A DNA stretch of 64,000 nucleotides from the NCBI GenBank assembly GCA_050015075.1, contig JBEKCB010000005.1:64001-128000 (forward strand), given 5' to 3'. Positions 19,448 through 28,641 of the stretch are shown here, one piece after another. Under the pieces are notes generated by a model. It was not told where the DNA came from, made no database searches, and saw nothing but the letters and a program-made list of their open reading frames with translations. The stretch comes from Candidatus Brocadiia bacterium (GTDB taxonomy: Bacteria; Planctomycetota; Brocadiia; CAIUPP01). Numbering within the stretch: the first letter of the stretch is position 1; the number at the start of each line of letters is the position of its first letter. A program made the position numbers and the translations under genes.

Positions 19448-19972
19448 ATGAGCGCGAAGGGAAAGACGCCCTCTTCCGCCGAGGCGGTTCGGCGGCGGGC
19501 GATCGAGATGGGCGCCACCGGCGCGAAAATCATTTCTCCCGACAAAGTCTTCACGGCGGCATGGGTCCGGTGGAAGTGCCGGTTCGGCTGCTCCGCCTTC
19601 GGCTCGAGCCGCCTCTGCCCGCCTCATTCGCCGGCGCCGGACGAGACGCGCGCCGTCCTCGACGGCTACCGCCGCGCAGTCCTGATCCATTCGGAGGGAG
19701 AGCTGGACATGCGTCGCACGGTCGCCGCGCTGGAACGCGAGGCTTTCCTTTCCGGCTTCTACAAGGCGTTCGGCTTCGCGTGCGGCCCGTGCGGCCTCTG
19801 CGAGGAATGCGCCGGCGATAAGGCCTGCCGGCACGCCGAACTGGCGCGCCCCGCCATGGAGGCCTGCGGGATTGACGTGTTCGCCACCGCGCGCGCCGCC
19901 GGATTTCCCATCGAGGTCGTCAAGGATTACAAGTGCAGGCAGAATTACTACGGCCTATTGCTGCTGGAGTGA
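19448..19972 (+). CDS. DUF2284 family predicted metal-binding protein
   Basis: WVRWKCRFGC, CPPHSP, GPCGLCEEC, CRH, RPAMEACGIDV; AAGGAG SD. Confidence 0.88.
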   Translation: MSAKGKTPSSAEAVRRRAIEMGATGAKIISPDKVFTAAWVRWKCRFGCSAFGSSRLCPPHSPAPDETRAVLDGYRRAVLIHSEGELDMRRTVAALEREAFLSGFYKAFGFACGPCGLCEECAGDKACRHAELARPAMEACGIDVFATARAAGFPIEVVKDYKCRQNYYGLLLLE

Positions 19973-20014
19973 CGGATCAGCAGAGCCTCACGAGCGATGG
20001 CCAGAGCAGTGGTT

Positions 20015-20086
20015 AAAAAAAAGAGGGCCTCGCAAGTGAGGGGCAAGTTCCACGGTATTGCGCCGGGAACCACTTGCGGGCCCTCT
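20015..20086 (-). terminator. Intrinsic terminator
   Basis: AGAGGGCCCGCAAGTG ... CACTTGCGAGGCCCTCT stem followed by a T-run on the minus strand. Confidence 0.7.
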
Positions 20087-20132
20087 GGATTTCTAGGTCT
20101 TTCTTTCTTCATCCCTCCAGTACGTCGCCTCT
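20015..20132 (-). ncRNA. Candidate small RNA (~120 nt)
   Basis: Minus-strand TTGACA-N16-TATAAT promoter followed ~50 nt later by a long hairpin and U8; no credible CDS inside. Confidence 0.5.
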
Positions 20133-20138
20133 ATTACT

Positions 20139-20166
20139 ATTATACATGTCACGGCAGGACTGTCAA
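20139..20166 (-). promoter_or_regulatory. Consensus sigma70 promoter with no downstream CDS
   Basis: TTGACA (20161-20166) N16 TATAAT (20139-20144). Confidence 0.7.
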
Positions 20167-20368
20167 CGTCACATGCGGACTTTCTCCGACCGCAATCATA
20201 ACATGCTGTGTCGCAGCATGATAGGACATCGCAAAATCAGGCGGTACGCTTCGCTTATTTTATTTTGCTTGGGAGAGCAATTTCTGCACAATATTTCTCA
20301 CGTGAATCTCGGGCTGTCCGCCGGCTTCCGCAGCCTGTGTGCAAGCGACGTCGCCTGACCGGCTAAAA

Positions 20369-20398
20369 TTGACATTCGGTCTGCGAAGTTGTTGTAAT
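20369..20398 (+). promoter_or_regulatory. Putative topA promoter
   Basis: TTGACA-N18-TGTAAT. Confidence 0.5.
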
Positions 20399-20452
20399 GG
20401 CGCGCTCGTTCCCTGCAATCGTGGTTGCGTGCCGGAAGGATGTGACCCAGAG

Positions 20453-22636
20453 ATGTCGAAACTCGTCATTGTCGAATCCGCGGCCAAGGCCAAGACCATC
20501 AACAAGTACCTCGGCAAGGAGTACAAAGTCCGCGCGTCGCTCGGGCACGTGCGCGACCTGCCGAAGTCCAAAATGGGAGTGGACATCGCGCACGACTTCG
20601 CCCCGGACTACGTTGTCATCGCCGACCGCAAGAAAATCATCACGGAACTCAAGAAGCTTGCCAAGGACGCCGACGAAGTCTTTCTCGCGACCGACCTCGA
20701 CCGCGAAGGCGAGGCCATCGCCTGGCACCTGGCGTCGGTGCTCAAGCTCCCGAGCGCAAAGACGCGCCGCGTCGTTTTCAACGAGATCACCCAGAAAGCG
20801 ATCCGCGAGGCGTTCCAGAGTCCGTTGGTCATCAACGACAACAAGGTGAACGCGCAGCAGGCGCGGCGGATCCTCGACCGCATCGTCGGCTACCAGCTCA
20901 GCCCGCTGCTCTGGGCCAAAGTCCGGCGCGGGCTCTCCGCCGGCCGCGTGCAGTCGGTCGTCGTCCGCCTGATCGTCGAGCGCGAACGGGAGATTGAAAA
21001 GTTCAGGCCGCAGGAATACTGGGAGATCGCCGCCGACCTCGCGCCGCTGAAGCCGCACTCCGGCGAGCCGGCGAAATTCCGCGCGCAGTTGACGAAGCTC
21101 GACGGCAAGCCCATTTCCACCGTGGTGACCGAGGAGAGCGGCGAGGAACGGACGGCGTTCGCCGTCGCCACCGAGACCCAGGCGAAGCAGCTCGCCGACG
21201 AACTCCGCAGCGCCCGGTTCATGGTCACGCGCTGCGACCGGAAAGAGCGCTCGATGGCCGCCCCGCCGCCGTTCAACACCAGCACGCTCCAGCAGCAGGC
21301 CTCCATCCAGCTCCGCTTCAGCACCCGGAAGACCATGCTCCTCGCCCAGCGGCTGTACGAGGGCGTCGAGTTGGGCCCGGAAGGCGCCGCCGGCCTCATC
21401 ACCTACATGCGAACGGATTCCCTCCACGTGGCCGAGCAGGCCATCGGCGAGTGCCGCGACTTCATCTCCAAACAGTTCTCGAAGGATTACCTTCCCGAAA
21501 AGGCGCTGTTCTACAAATCGGCCAAAGCCGCCCAGGGCGCGCACGAGGCGGTCCGGCCCACCTCCGCCGAGCGCACGCCCGAATCGGTCAAGGCATTCCT
21601 CGAGCCCGACCAGTTCCGTCTCTACGATTTGATCTGGCGGCGCTTCGTCGCCAGCCAGATGAGCCCGGGGCGGCTGGCGGTCGCCGACGTCGAGATCGCC
21701 GCCGGCCGGGCCACGTTCGAGGCGCAGGGCCGCCGGCTCCTTTTCGACGGCCACCTGAAGCTCAGCGGTTTCGACGCGAAGAGCGAGGTCCAGCTGCCGC
21801 CGCTCGAGCCGAACGACCCGTTGAAGCTCCTCGCGCTCGATCCATCGCAGCACTTCACCAAGCCGCCGCCGCGATACTCGGAAGCCGCGCTGGTGAAGAC
21901 GCTCGAGAAACTCGGCATCGGCCGCCCGAGCACCTACGCACCGATCATCTCGACGATCCAGCTCCGCCATTACGTCAAGCTCGAGAAACGCCAGTTCCAC
22001 GCGAGCGAGCTTGGCAAGACGGTGACCGACCAGCTCGTCGGGCACTTCGGCGACATCATGGACGTCCAGTTCACCTCGCACATGGAAGACCGCCTGGATG
22101 AAGTCGAGGAAGCGAAGACCGGCTGGCTCCAGGTGCTGCACGAATTCTACGAGCCGTTTTCGGCGGACCTCAAGAATGCGGAGAAGAACATGCAGCGACC
22201 CACCCCGGAAACCACCGAGCACAAGTGCGAGAAGTGCGGCAAGCCGATGCTCAAGCGCTGGAGCCCGCGCGGCCAGTTCCTGGGCTGCTCCGGCTACCCC
22301 GAATGCCGGTTCACCGTCCCGCTCGACGACGCCGGCCAGCTCGCGCCGCGGCCCGCGCCCGAGCCGACCGACGAAAAATGCGAGAAGTGCGGCTCTCCCA
22401 TGGTCATTCGCACCGGCCGCCACGGCCGATTCATGGCCTGCTCCGCCTATCCCAAGTGCAAGAACACCCGCAACCTCGACACGCCCGTCGAGATCCCCGA
22501 CGCGCTCAAGACCTGTGAGAAGTGCGGCAAGCCCATGGCCGTGCGCCGCAGCAAACGCGGCATGTTCCTCGGCTGCACCGGCTACCCGGAATGCCGCAAC
22601 GCCAAGCCCATGCCCAAGACGCAGGAGGCCAAGTAG
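20453..22636 (+). CDS. topA: DNA topoisomerase I with three C-terminal Zn ribbons
   Basis: LVIVES, GHVRDL, ATDLDREGE, SAGRVQS, ITYMRTDS, GIGRPSTY, three CEKCG...C..YPxC repeats. Confidence 0.97.
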   Translation: MSKLVIVESAAKAKTINKYLGKEYKVRASLGHVRDLPKSKMGVDIAHDFAPDYVVIADRKKIITELKKLAKDADEVFLATDLDREGEAIAWHLASVLKLPSAKTRRVVFNEITQKAIREAFQSPLVINDNKVNAQQARRILDRIVGYQLSPLLWAKVRRGLSAGRVQSVVVRLIVEREREIEKFRPQEYWEIAADLAPLKPHSGEPAKFRAQLTKLDGKPISTVVTEESGEERTAFAVATETQAKQLADELRSARFMVTRCDRKERSMAAPPPFNTSTLQQQASIQLRFSTRKTMLLAQRLYEGVELGPEGAAGLITYMRTDSLHVAEQAIGECRDFISKQFSKDYLPEKALFYKSAKAAQGAHEAVRPTSAERTPESVKAFLEPDQFRLYDLIWRRFVASQMSPGRLAVADVEIAAGRATFEAQGRRLLFDGHLKLSGFDAKSEVQLPPLEPNDPLKLLALDPSQHFTKPPPRYSEAALVKTLEKLGIGRPSTYAPIISTIQLRHYVKLEKRQFHASELGKTVTDQLVGHFGDIMDVQFTSHMEDRLDEVEEAKTGWLQVLHEFYEPFSADLKNAEKNMQRPTPETTEHKCEKCGKPMLKRWSPRGQFLGCSGYPECRFTVPLDDAGQLAPRPAPEPTDEKCEKCGSPMVIRTGRHGRFMACSAYPKCKNTRNLDTPVEIPDALKTCEKCGKPMAVRRSKRGMFLGCTGYPECRNAKPMPKTQEAK

Positions 22637-22689
22637 CCGGTCTTCTCACCGCCTCCGCGGCGAAACATATTCCCGGTCTCATCCGCGCC

Positions 22690-22718
22690 TTGACAGACGG
22701 CGCACGCGGACATACACT
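22690..22718 (+). promoter_or_regulatory. Putative sigma70 promoter
   Basis: TTGACA-N17-TACACT upstream of the giant HEAT protein. Confidence 0.6.
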
Positions 22719-22762
22719 CATCGCGCAGGAGTTTCCGTCGCTCGACCTCGCGGAGAGGAACT

Positions 22763-25700
22763 ATGCCGATCCGCTTCCGCTGCAAATGCGGCAAGATCGT
22801 CAAAGTCGAAGAGAAATACGCCGGCCGGCAGGCGACGTGCCCGAACTGCGGCGCGCAATTGCTCGTGCCCAACGCATCAACCGCGTCCGAAGCGCCCGCC
22901 CCGACTGCGAAGGCCGCGCCCGCCGCTCAACCACCCGAACCGTCGGCGCTCGAACTGCAATTGGAGTCCGATAGCCCAAGCCCGGGCGGCAAGCCCGATG
23001 ACGCATCTCAAAACGCGCTGGAATTGGAGTCCGATATCCTCGTCCCGGAGGGCACGCCGGGCGGCGCGCCTGCAAACGGGATGGAATTGGAATCCGACAA
23101 CCTGGACGCGGGCGGCCCGACGAGTGACACCGTTGAAGAGGTGATGGAAGTCGAGGAAGTCGCGCCGGAGTCCGAGATCAGCGAAGTGGTTCCGCTGCCT
23201 GACGATTCCGCTCCGGCGGCGGCGCCGTCCGAGCCGACCTCCGAAAAGGTCTGTCCAAACTGTGGTGTGGCCGTCTCGCCCGACGCACTCAGCTGCGCGG
23301 AGTGCGGCGCCAACCTCATGCCGGAAAAAGCGCCTCCGAAGAAAAAACTCCCGATCCCGAAGGCCCTGCAGACGCTTCGAGAGCACAAGGCTTTCCCGCT
23401 GATCGCGGCCATCGGCGCAGTGGTCCTGATCCTGATTGTGACGGTGGTGGTAGTCGCGGTCCGAAAGCCGAAGAAGCCCGCGTCCGTCACGGTCGCGGAG
23501 TTGCGGCCCAAGGCGCGGTCGGCGGAAGCGCCCAAGAGTGCGGAAAAGCCCAAGCCGACGCCCGAGGTGCAGTTCCATTGGCCGGGCTTCAGCGACCCGG
23601 CGGCCATCGCGCGCGATCGGATTCTGAAGATCGGCCAGGAACTCGCGGCTTATGTGGACAAAAACCACCAACCGCCAGCCACCCTCGCCGAAGCCGGCGT
23701 GGCCGAAGCCGACAGCGCCGACTACACTTACGTCGGCGCGGAGATCGCCGCGCTTCCCCGCTTCCACGCGATGGTGTACGAGGCAAAACCGTCGGCGTCT
23801 TACGAGCCCTATGTGCTCTTCAGCGACGGCAGCGCGCGCCCGGTTCCCGCCGCGCAGATTCCCTCAGTCCTGCTCAGCAAGGCCGGGTCCGGATGGGTGA
23901 CGGCCGCAGATGCCGCCCTGCTGGCGAAAACGGCGCCCGTGATCCGCGTGACGAACGTCCGCTTCGCATCGCTGGAAGTGGCCCTCGACGACAAACCCGC
24001 CGGCGTCGTTCCGCGCGGCGGCGAGTGCGTGATCCCGGCTGTCGCCGGCGCTCATCAGATCACCTTCACCGCCGGCGAACAGAAAGAGAGCTTCCAGGCT
24101 GACCTCAAGCCCGGCATCGCTTATACGTTCATCCATCCGCGGCAGGCCGATCTTCCGTGGATCCCGATGAAGCAATACCGCGCGGGGCTGACGGGACAGT
24201 CAGCGCCGCCGCCGGAGAAGGCTCCGACGCCGGCTGGGCGGGGCGCGACACTGCCGGGCCGGCCCGCGACGCCGACGACGGATCAGTCTTTGACGTTCAC
24301 GGTGGATAAGAAGGAAGGCTTCGCCGTCAAGTCAATCAAGAGTTCCACGGAGACCGTGGATTTCCTCGACAAAGACGGAAGAACCGCGCTGGCGTTGGAT
24401 TTACGCTCGATCGCCGCACGGATCACCCGCGAGAATGAGAACGTGACGATCGAAGGCCCCGGCGCGGATATGCCGATCCTCGTCAACGAGATCGGCCGCC
24501 TCGAGGCCGGCATCGTCAAGTTCAAGGGCGACGTCACCGTGACATTCCGCAAGACGGCGCTCGGCACCCTCCGATGCGAAGAGCTGCCGAATACGGACCC
24601 CGCGGCGGTTTCGCTGCCCGAGGCGAAGCAGGGCAAACCGCCGGCGTCGAACCCCGGGACCACGCCCGCGCCGCGACCGTCTTTCCCAAGCGTGACCTTC
24701 ACTCTATTTCCGGATTGCCAGGTCCTCGCCGGCGCGCTCTCGTCCTCGGCGCCCGCCGCCGTCCAGTTGCTCCTGCAACGCGCGCAGGTGGAGCCGAACC
24801 CCACCGAGGCCGCGCCCGGCCGCGAAACGCCGCCAACCAATGTCGAGCCGCTCCCGAACGGGCCGCCACAGGGCCGCCGCGGAATGCCGCCGGGCGGCTT
24901 CGGGCCGGGCGGCTTCGGGCGGGGCGGCGCCGGGCGAGGCCAGCGCCCGCAGGACGCTTTAGCGGCGCCTGCCAAGCCGCCGGTAGAGGTCGGCGGTGAG
25001 CGGCCCGTGCACCCGCCGCAGGAGATCTCCGCGTCGCTCGTTTACGCCGCTCTCGCGCTCTACGGCGATCCCTCGGCGTTTGACGCGCTCAAGGCGCAGG
25101 TTGAGAAGATGCCGGCCGAATCGGCCAAATCGCCGGCCTATGCTTCGCTCCTGCTGGCGCTGGCCCGGTCCGGGGGAATGTCGGCCCTGTCCGATCTGCG
25201 GACCGCTTCGGCCAATGCGCCCGCCTCCGCGGTCATCGCCCTCTCTATGATTGACGACCCCGCAGCCCGGCAGGCACTGAACGAAATCCTCGCCAAGTGC
25301 ACTCCCGCCGAAATCGTACAGGCCGTGGACGAGTGGCCGGTCGTCGCCGGCCCGGCCTGCCGCATCACGTTCATAGAGACTCTCGCCTCGGCCAAGCCGG
25401 CGCTGCTTGACGACATGGCCGTCCTCAATGCCCTGATGAAGCTCGATCCCTTCACCCTCGAGCGCGCGCTGGCCGCGCGGCTTGCGGCCGAGTCCGTCGA
25501 GGCGGCGCCCGAGCCGCCCGCGACGCCACAGCCGCCTTCGCCGCCTCAGCCGCCTTCGCCGGCGGGGCGCGGGCGCGGTCCGATGGGCAGAGGACGCGGG
25601 CCCATGCCGGAGATGAACAGGTCGGGGCCGATGCCGGGGATGAACAGACAAGGGCCGACGCCGGCGGAGGCCGCCGCCTTCCGCTCGCCCGCGCCGCCCT

Positions 25701-27898
25701 CCTGGATTGCGCTTGCCTATTTGAAGAACGACGCGGCCGTGACGCGCTTCGTGCAATTGGTCGGCGGCGACAACGCGCTGGCCAAGCGTCTGAGCGCGGC
25801 CGCCGCGCTCGGCGAAGTCGGCGACCCGAGCGTCGTGCCGATCCTGACCGCGCTGTTGAAGGATAAAGACAAGGCCATGTGCCGGACCGCGGCCAGGGCC
25901 CTGGCCCAAATGCCCGACGCCGCCACCGTCGGCGCGCTGGATGCGGCCATGGACAAGAACCTGCTCGTCTCCGCGATTGTGGAGCAGGCGCCCGTCATGG
26001 CGGCCAAGGCCGGCAAGGACGCAACGGCGGCACTGCTCGCAAAAATGCTGACCATCGCGGCCGGAGAAAAGTCGGCCGCAGTCGCGCCGCCGTCAGAGAA
26101 AGCTCCCACGCCGTCGCCGGATGAAGGTTCCGCGCCGTCGCGAGGCAGAGGTGGCAGACCGTCACGAGGCCGGGGTGGCGCGCCGCGGAGCAGGGGTCCC
26201 GCACAGCCGCCGAGCAGCGGTCCCACAGTGCCGCCGCCCGCCAAGAAGGCCGGCGAACCGGGGATGGCGACGCCCATGATGATCCTCGAAGCGATCAACA
26301 GCCTCGGCCTCTATTCTCCGGAGGTCAAGGCGGCGCTCGAAGCGGCGCGCGAGCAGGCGGCGGACGCCGACGTTCGCGCCGCGGCGTACAAGGCGCGCGA
26401 GCAGGCGACCGCCGGCGAGAGCGTGGCGGATCGTTCCGCCTCGGCGATCGCCGCGGCCGGTCTGGCGCTCAAAGACAAGGACGGCACGGTCCGGTGCGTG
26501 GGGATCGGCTTGCTCTCGGCGGCCGAGCCGAAGGAGGCGCTCGCGCTGCTGTTACCGGCGGTGAAGGACCCCGATGCCGCGGTTCGCGCCGCAGCCCTGG
26601 ACGCGCTGCCCGATATCGCCGACGAGCCGGCCATCGCCGCGGCGATCAAGGACGCGCTGAGCGACCCGAGTCCGGATGTCGTCCGCGCGGCTGCGGTCGC
26701 GGCGGCGCGGCGGCCGGCGCTCAGCGGCGACGTGCTCGCGGCGCTCACCCAGGCCGCCGGCCCGCTCACGCTTCTCCTGACGGACCCTAAGCAGGAGATG
26801 CGAATCGCCGCCGTTCGCGCCCTGGGCAAGCTGAAGGACCCCACGGCGCTCAGTTCGCTCCAAAGCGTGCTGACCGACAAAGATCCCAAGGTCGTCGAGG
26901 AGGCCATCCGCGCACTCAGCGAACTCGACGCGCCCGAGGCCGTCAAGGCCGCATTCGACGCGCTCGCGCTCGGCAAGGAAGTCCTTCCGGATGAACTGTG
27001 CCGGCAGATGCTCGCGCGCCTGGCCGCGCACTGCGCGGATGCCAATTCGGCGTACGGCTCCTGGGCGGCGACCGGACCGGCGCTGAAGGAGTCCGACCTG
27101 CACATCCTCGAGGAGATGGCGCCTTCCGCCACCGGCGACGCGCGGTCCGGCTTGATCGCGCTCGCGGTACGATACCTGACCGATTCGCGGCTCGAAGCGA
27201 AGAAACGCGCGGCGGGCATCCTCGCCTGCTACGCCGGCGACGCCGACGCCCGCAAGGTGCTGCTGGACGCGCTCGAACAGGATACCACCGGCATCGCCCA
27301 GGCGGCCGCCGACGTGCTGCGCCGCATCCGCGACGACTCGATGATTGATGTCCCGCTCCTGGCCTACTACAAGGCGCTCTGCGAGGCGCCCAGCGCGCCG
27401 TCGGGGCCGGGGATGCGCGGCGGCCGCGGGCCGTTCGGAGGCGGACGTGCGGGAATGGCTGGCGGCGCCGGACCAGCGACCCCGCCGCCGCGGTTCCCCG
27501 GCCTGGCCAAAGCTACGGCGGAGGACAGCGCCGTGTTGCGCGCGGCCATCATCGAGGCGCTCGGCGCCATCGGCGGCGACCACGCCGGAAAGGCGCTCAG
27601 GACCATCGCGGACCTCGAGCAGAAGAGAAACACCGACGAGATGGCGCCCTACCTCATCGCGGCGTTCGAAAGCTCCAAAGGCTCCACCAGCATCCGCGAT
27701 CTCTGCGAATATTACGTGGGCGTCCCCGGTCGCTACAGGCTCGATGCGGTCTCGGCGCTGATGCACCTGGCGCCCCTCGATTCCGCGCGCGTGACGGAAA
27801 CGCTCCAGCGCCTCGCCGCGGTGGGCACGACTCCGCCCGAGGTCGCCGCCGCGGCCGTGGACGCGCTCGATGAGATCCGGAGCGCCGGCGGCGCATAA
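22763..27898 (+). CDS. 1711-aa membrane-anchored HEAT-repeat protein with two N-terminal Zn ribbons and Pro/Gly/Arg-rich inserts
   Basis: CKCG..CPNCG; LELESD-like x3; CPNCG..CAECG; one TM helix; LFSDG domain; HEAT motifs (LKDKD, VRAAALDAL, RIAAVRALG); GGAGAGG SD. Confidence 0.85.
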   Translation: MPIRFRCKCGKIVKVEEKYAGRQATCPNCGAQLLVPNASTASEAPAPTAKAAPAAQPPEPSALELQLESDSPSPGGKPDDASQNALELESDILVPEGTPGGAPANGMELESDNLDAGGPTSDTVEEVMEVEEVAPESEISEVVPLPDDSAPAAAPSEPTSEKVCPNCGVAVSPDALSCAECGANLMPEKAPPKKKLPIPKALQTLREHKAFPLIAAIGAVVLILIVTVVVVAVRKPKKPASVTVAELRPKARSAEAPKSAEKPKPTPEVQFHWPGFSDPAAIARDRILKIGQELAAYVDKNHQPPATLAEAGVAEADSADYTYVGAEIAALPRFHAMVYEAKPSASYEPYVLFSDGSARPVPAAQIPSVLLSKAGSGWVTAADAALLAKTAPVIRVTNVRFASLEVALDDKPAGVVPRGGECVIPAVAGAHQITFTAGEQKESFQADLKPGIAYTFIHPRQADLPWIPMKQYRAGLTGQSAPPPEKAPTPAGRGATLPGRPATPTTDQSLTFTVDKKEGFAVKSIKSSTETVDFLDKDGRTALALDLRSIAARITRENENVTIEGPGADMPILVNEIGRLEAGIVKFKGDVTVTFRKTALGTLRCEELPNTDPAAVSLPEAKQGKPPASNPGTTPAPRPSFPSVTFTLFPDCQVLAGALSSSAPAAVQLLLQRAQVEPNPTEAAPGRETPPTNVEPLPNGPPQGRRGMPPGGFGPGGFGRGGAGRGQRPQDALAAPAKPPVEVGGERPVHPPQEISASLVYAALALYGDPSAFDALKAQVEKMPAESAKSPAYASLLLALARSGGMSALSDLRTASANAPASAVIALSMIDDPAARQALNEILAKCTPAEIVQAVDEWPVVAGPACRITFIETLASAKPALLDDMAVLNALMKLDPFTLERALAARLAAESVEAAPEPPATPQPPSPPQPPSPAGRGRGPMGRGRGPMPEMNRSGPMPGMNRQGPTPAEAAAFRSPAPPSWIALAYLKNDAAVTRFVQLVGGDNALAKRLSAAAALGEVGDPSVVPILTALLKDKDKAMCRTAARALAQMPDAATVGALDAAMDKNLLVSAIVEQAPVMAAKAGKDATAALLAKMLTIAAGEKSAAVAPPSEKAPTPSPDEGSAPSRGRGGRPSRGRGGAPRSRGPAQPPSSGPTVPPPAKKAGEPGMATPMMILEAINSLGLYSPEVKAALEAAREQAADADVRAAAYKAREQATAGESVADRSASAIAAAGLALKDKDGTVRCVGIGLLSAAEPKEALALLLPAVKDPDAAVRAAALDALPDIADEPAIAAAIKDALSDPSPDVVRAAAVAAARRPALSGDVLAALTQAAGPLTLLLTDPKQEMRIAAVRALGKLKDPTALSSLQSVLTDKDPKVVEEAIRALSELDAPEAVKAAFDALALGKEVLPDELCRQMLARLAAHCADANSAYGSWAATGPALKESDLHILEEMAPSATGDARSGLIALAVRYLTDSRLEAKKRAAGILACYAGDADARKVLLDALEQDTTGIAQAAADVLRRIRDDSMIDVPLLAYYKALCEAPSAPSGPGMRGGRGPFGGGRAGMAGGAGPATPPPRFPGLAKATAEDSAVLRAAIIEALGAIGGDHAGKALRTIADLEQKRNTDEMAPYLIAAFESSKGSTSIRDLCEYYVGVPGRYRLDAVSALMHLAPLDSARVTETLQRLAAVGTTPPEVAAAAVDALDEIRSAGGA

Positions 27899-27962
27899 GC
27901 CGTTCGGCAACTTGTCCGCCCCAGCTTCATATCGGGCAGCCGGCATGCGGAGAGGTCTTCCG

Positions 27963-28577
27963 ATGTCCCGAGCCGCGCACCTCTTCATGGTTCGGCCGAG
28001 CCTCCATGGTGTCCCACCGCCCCTCCTGCCGGAGAACTTCAGCCTCCGTTCCTGTCGCGCCGGGGACGAGGCCGCGTGGCTCGACATCATCCGCCGAGGT
28101 TACGGCGGCGATTGGCCCGACGACGCCTTTCAGCGGCACATGCTCTCCGAGGAATCGTTCCGCCCGGAGCGGCTTTTCTTCGCCGTCACGGAAACCGGGC
28201 GTCCCGTCGCCACCGCCGGCGCGCTTAGGAAACTTCCCCACGGCGACCGCACCGGCTACCTCCACATGCTGGCGGTCCTCCCTGAATTCCGTCGGTGCGG
28301 GTTGGGGACGGCGCTGCTGCGGCGGTGCCTGATTTGTTTCAGGGAACAGGGCTGGCGCGACGCGGTGCTCGACACGGAGGTTTCGCGGCCGGAGGCGATC
28401 CGGCTGTACCTAGCCGCCGGGTTCGTGCCCGCGCCGGAGATTGAAGAGGACGTGACGGCCTGGCGCGCGGTCCTCACGGCGATGGGAAGGTCCGCCCTTG
28501 CGGAAAAGCAATCGGTCGGCTGCGGCGGAATGCACGCGAACATGACGCCGGCGCGGAAACCGCCTCCGCGTTCGTAG
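27963..28577 (+). CDS. GNAT family N-acetyltransferase
   Basis: LAVLPEFRRCGLG acetyl-CoA motif, AIRLYLAAGF; start approximate. Confidence 0.85.
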   Translation: MSRAAHLFMVRPSLHGVPPPLLPENFSLRSCRAGDEAAWLDIIRRGYGGDWPDDAFQRHMLSEESFRPERLFFAVTETGRPVATAGALRKLPHGDRTGYLHMLAVLPEFRRCGLGTALLRRCLICFREQGWRDAVLDTEVSRPEAIRLYLAAGFVPAPEIEEDVTAWRAVLTAMGRSALAEKQSVGCGGMHANMTPARKPPPRS

Positions 28578-28641
28578 CGCGCCGGCAACGGCATTCGCCG
28601 AGCGCCTTGCGGCGCCGCTGCAAACTTTTCCGCGACGAGGC

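Noticed and set aside
19948-20112. 54-aa minus-strand ORF (MKKERPRN…) in the candidate sRNA
   Set aside because: GGAGGG abuts the ATG with no spacing, the frame runs through the terminator and overlaps the DUF2284 3' end
19290-20340. tmRNA, SRP or 6S RNA near smpB
   Set aside because: No tRNA-like GGGG…TTCGA…CCACCA ends, no SRP GGAA-loop motif, and too short for 6S
27911-27920. CTTGTCCGCC as another REP copy
   Set aside because: Only the 10-bp left arm matches and no clear right arm follows
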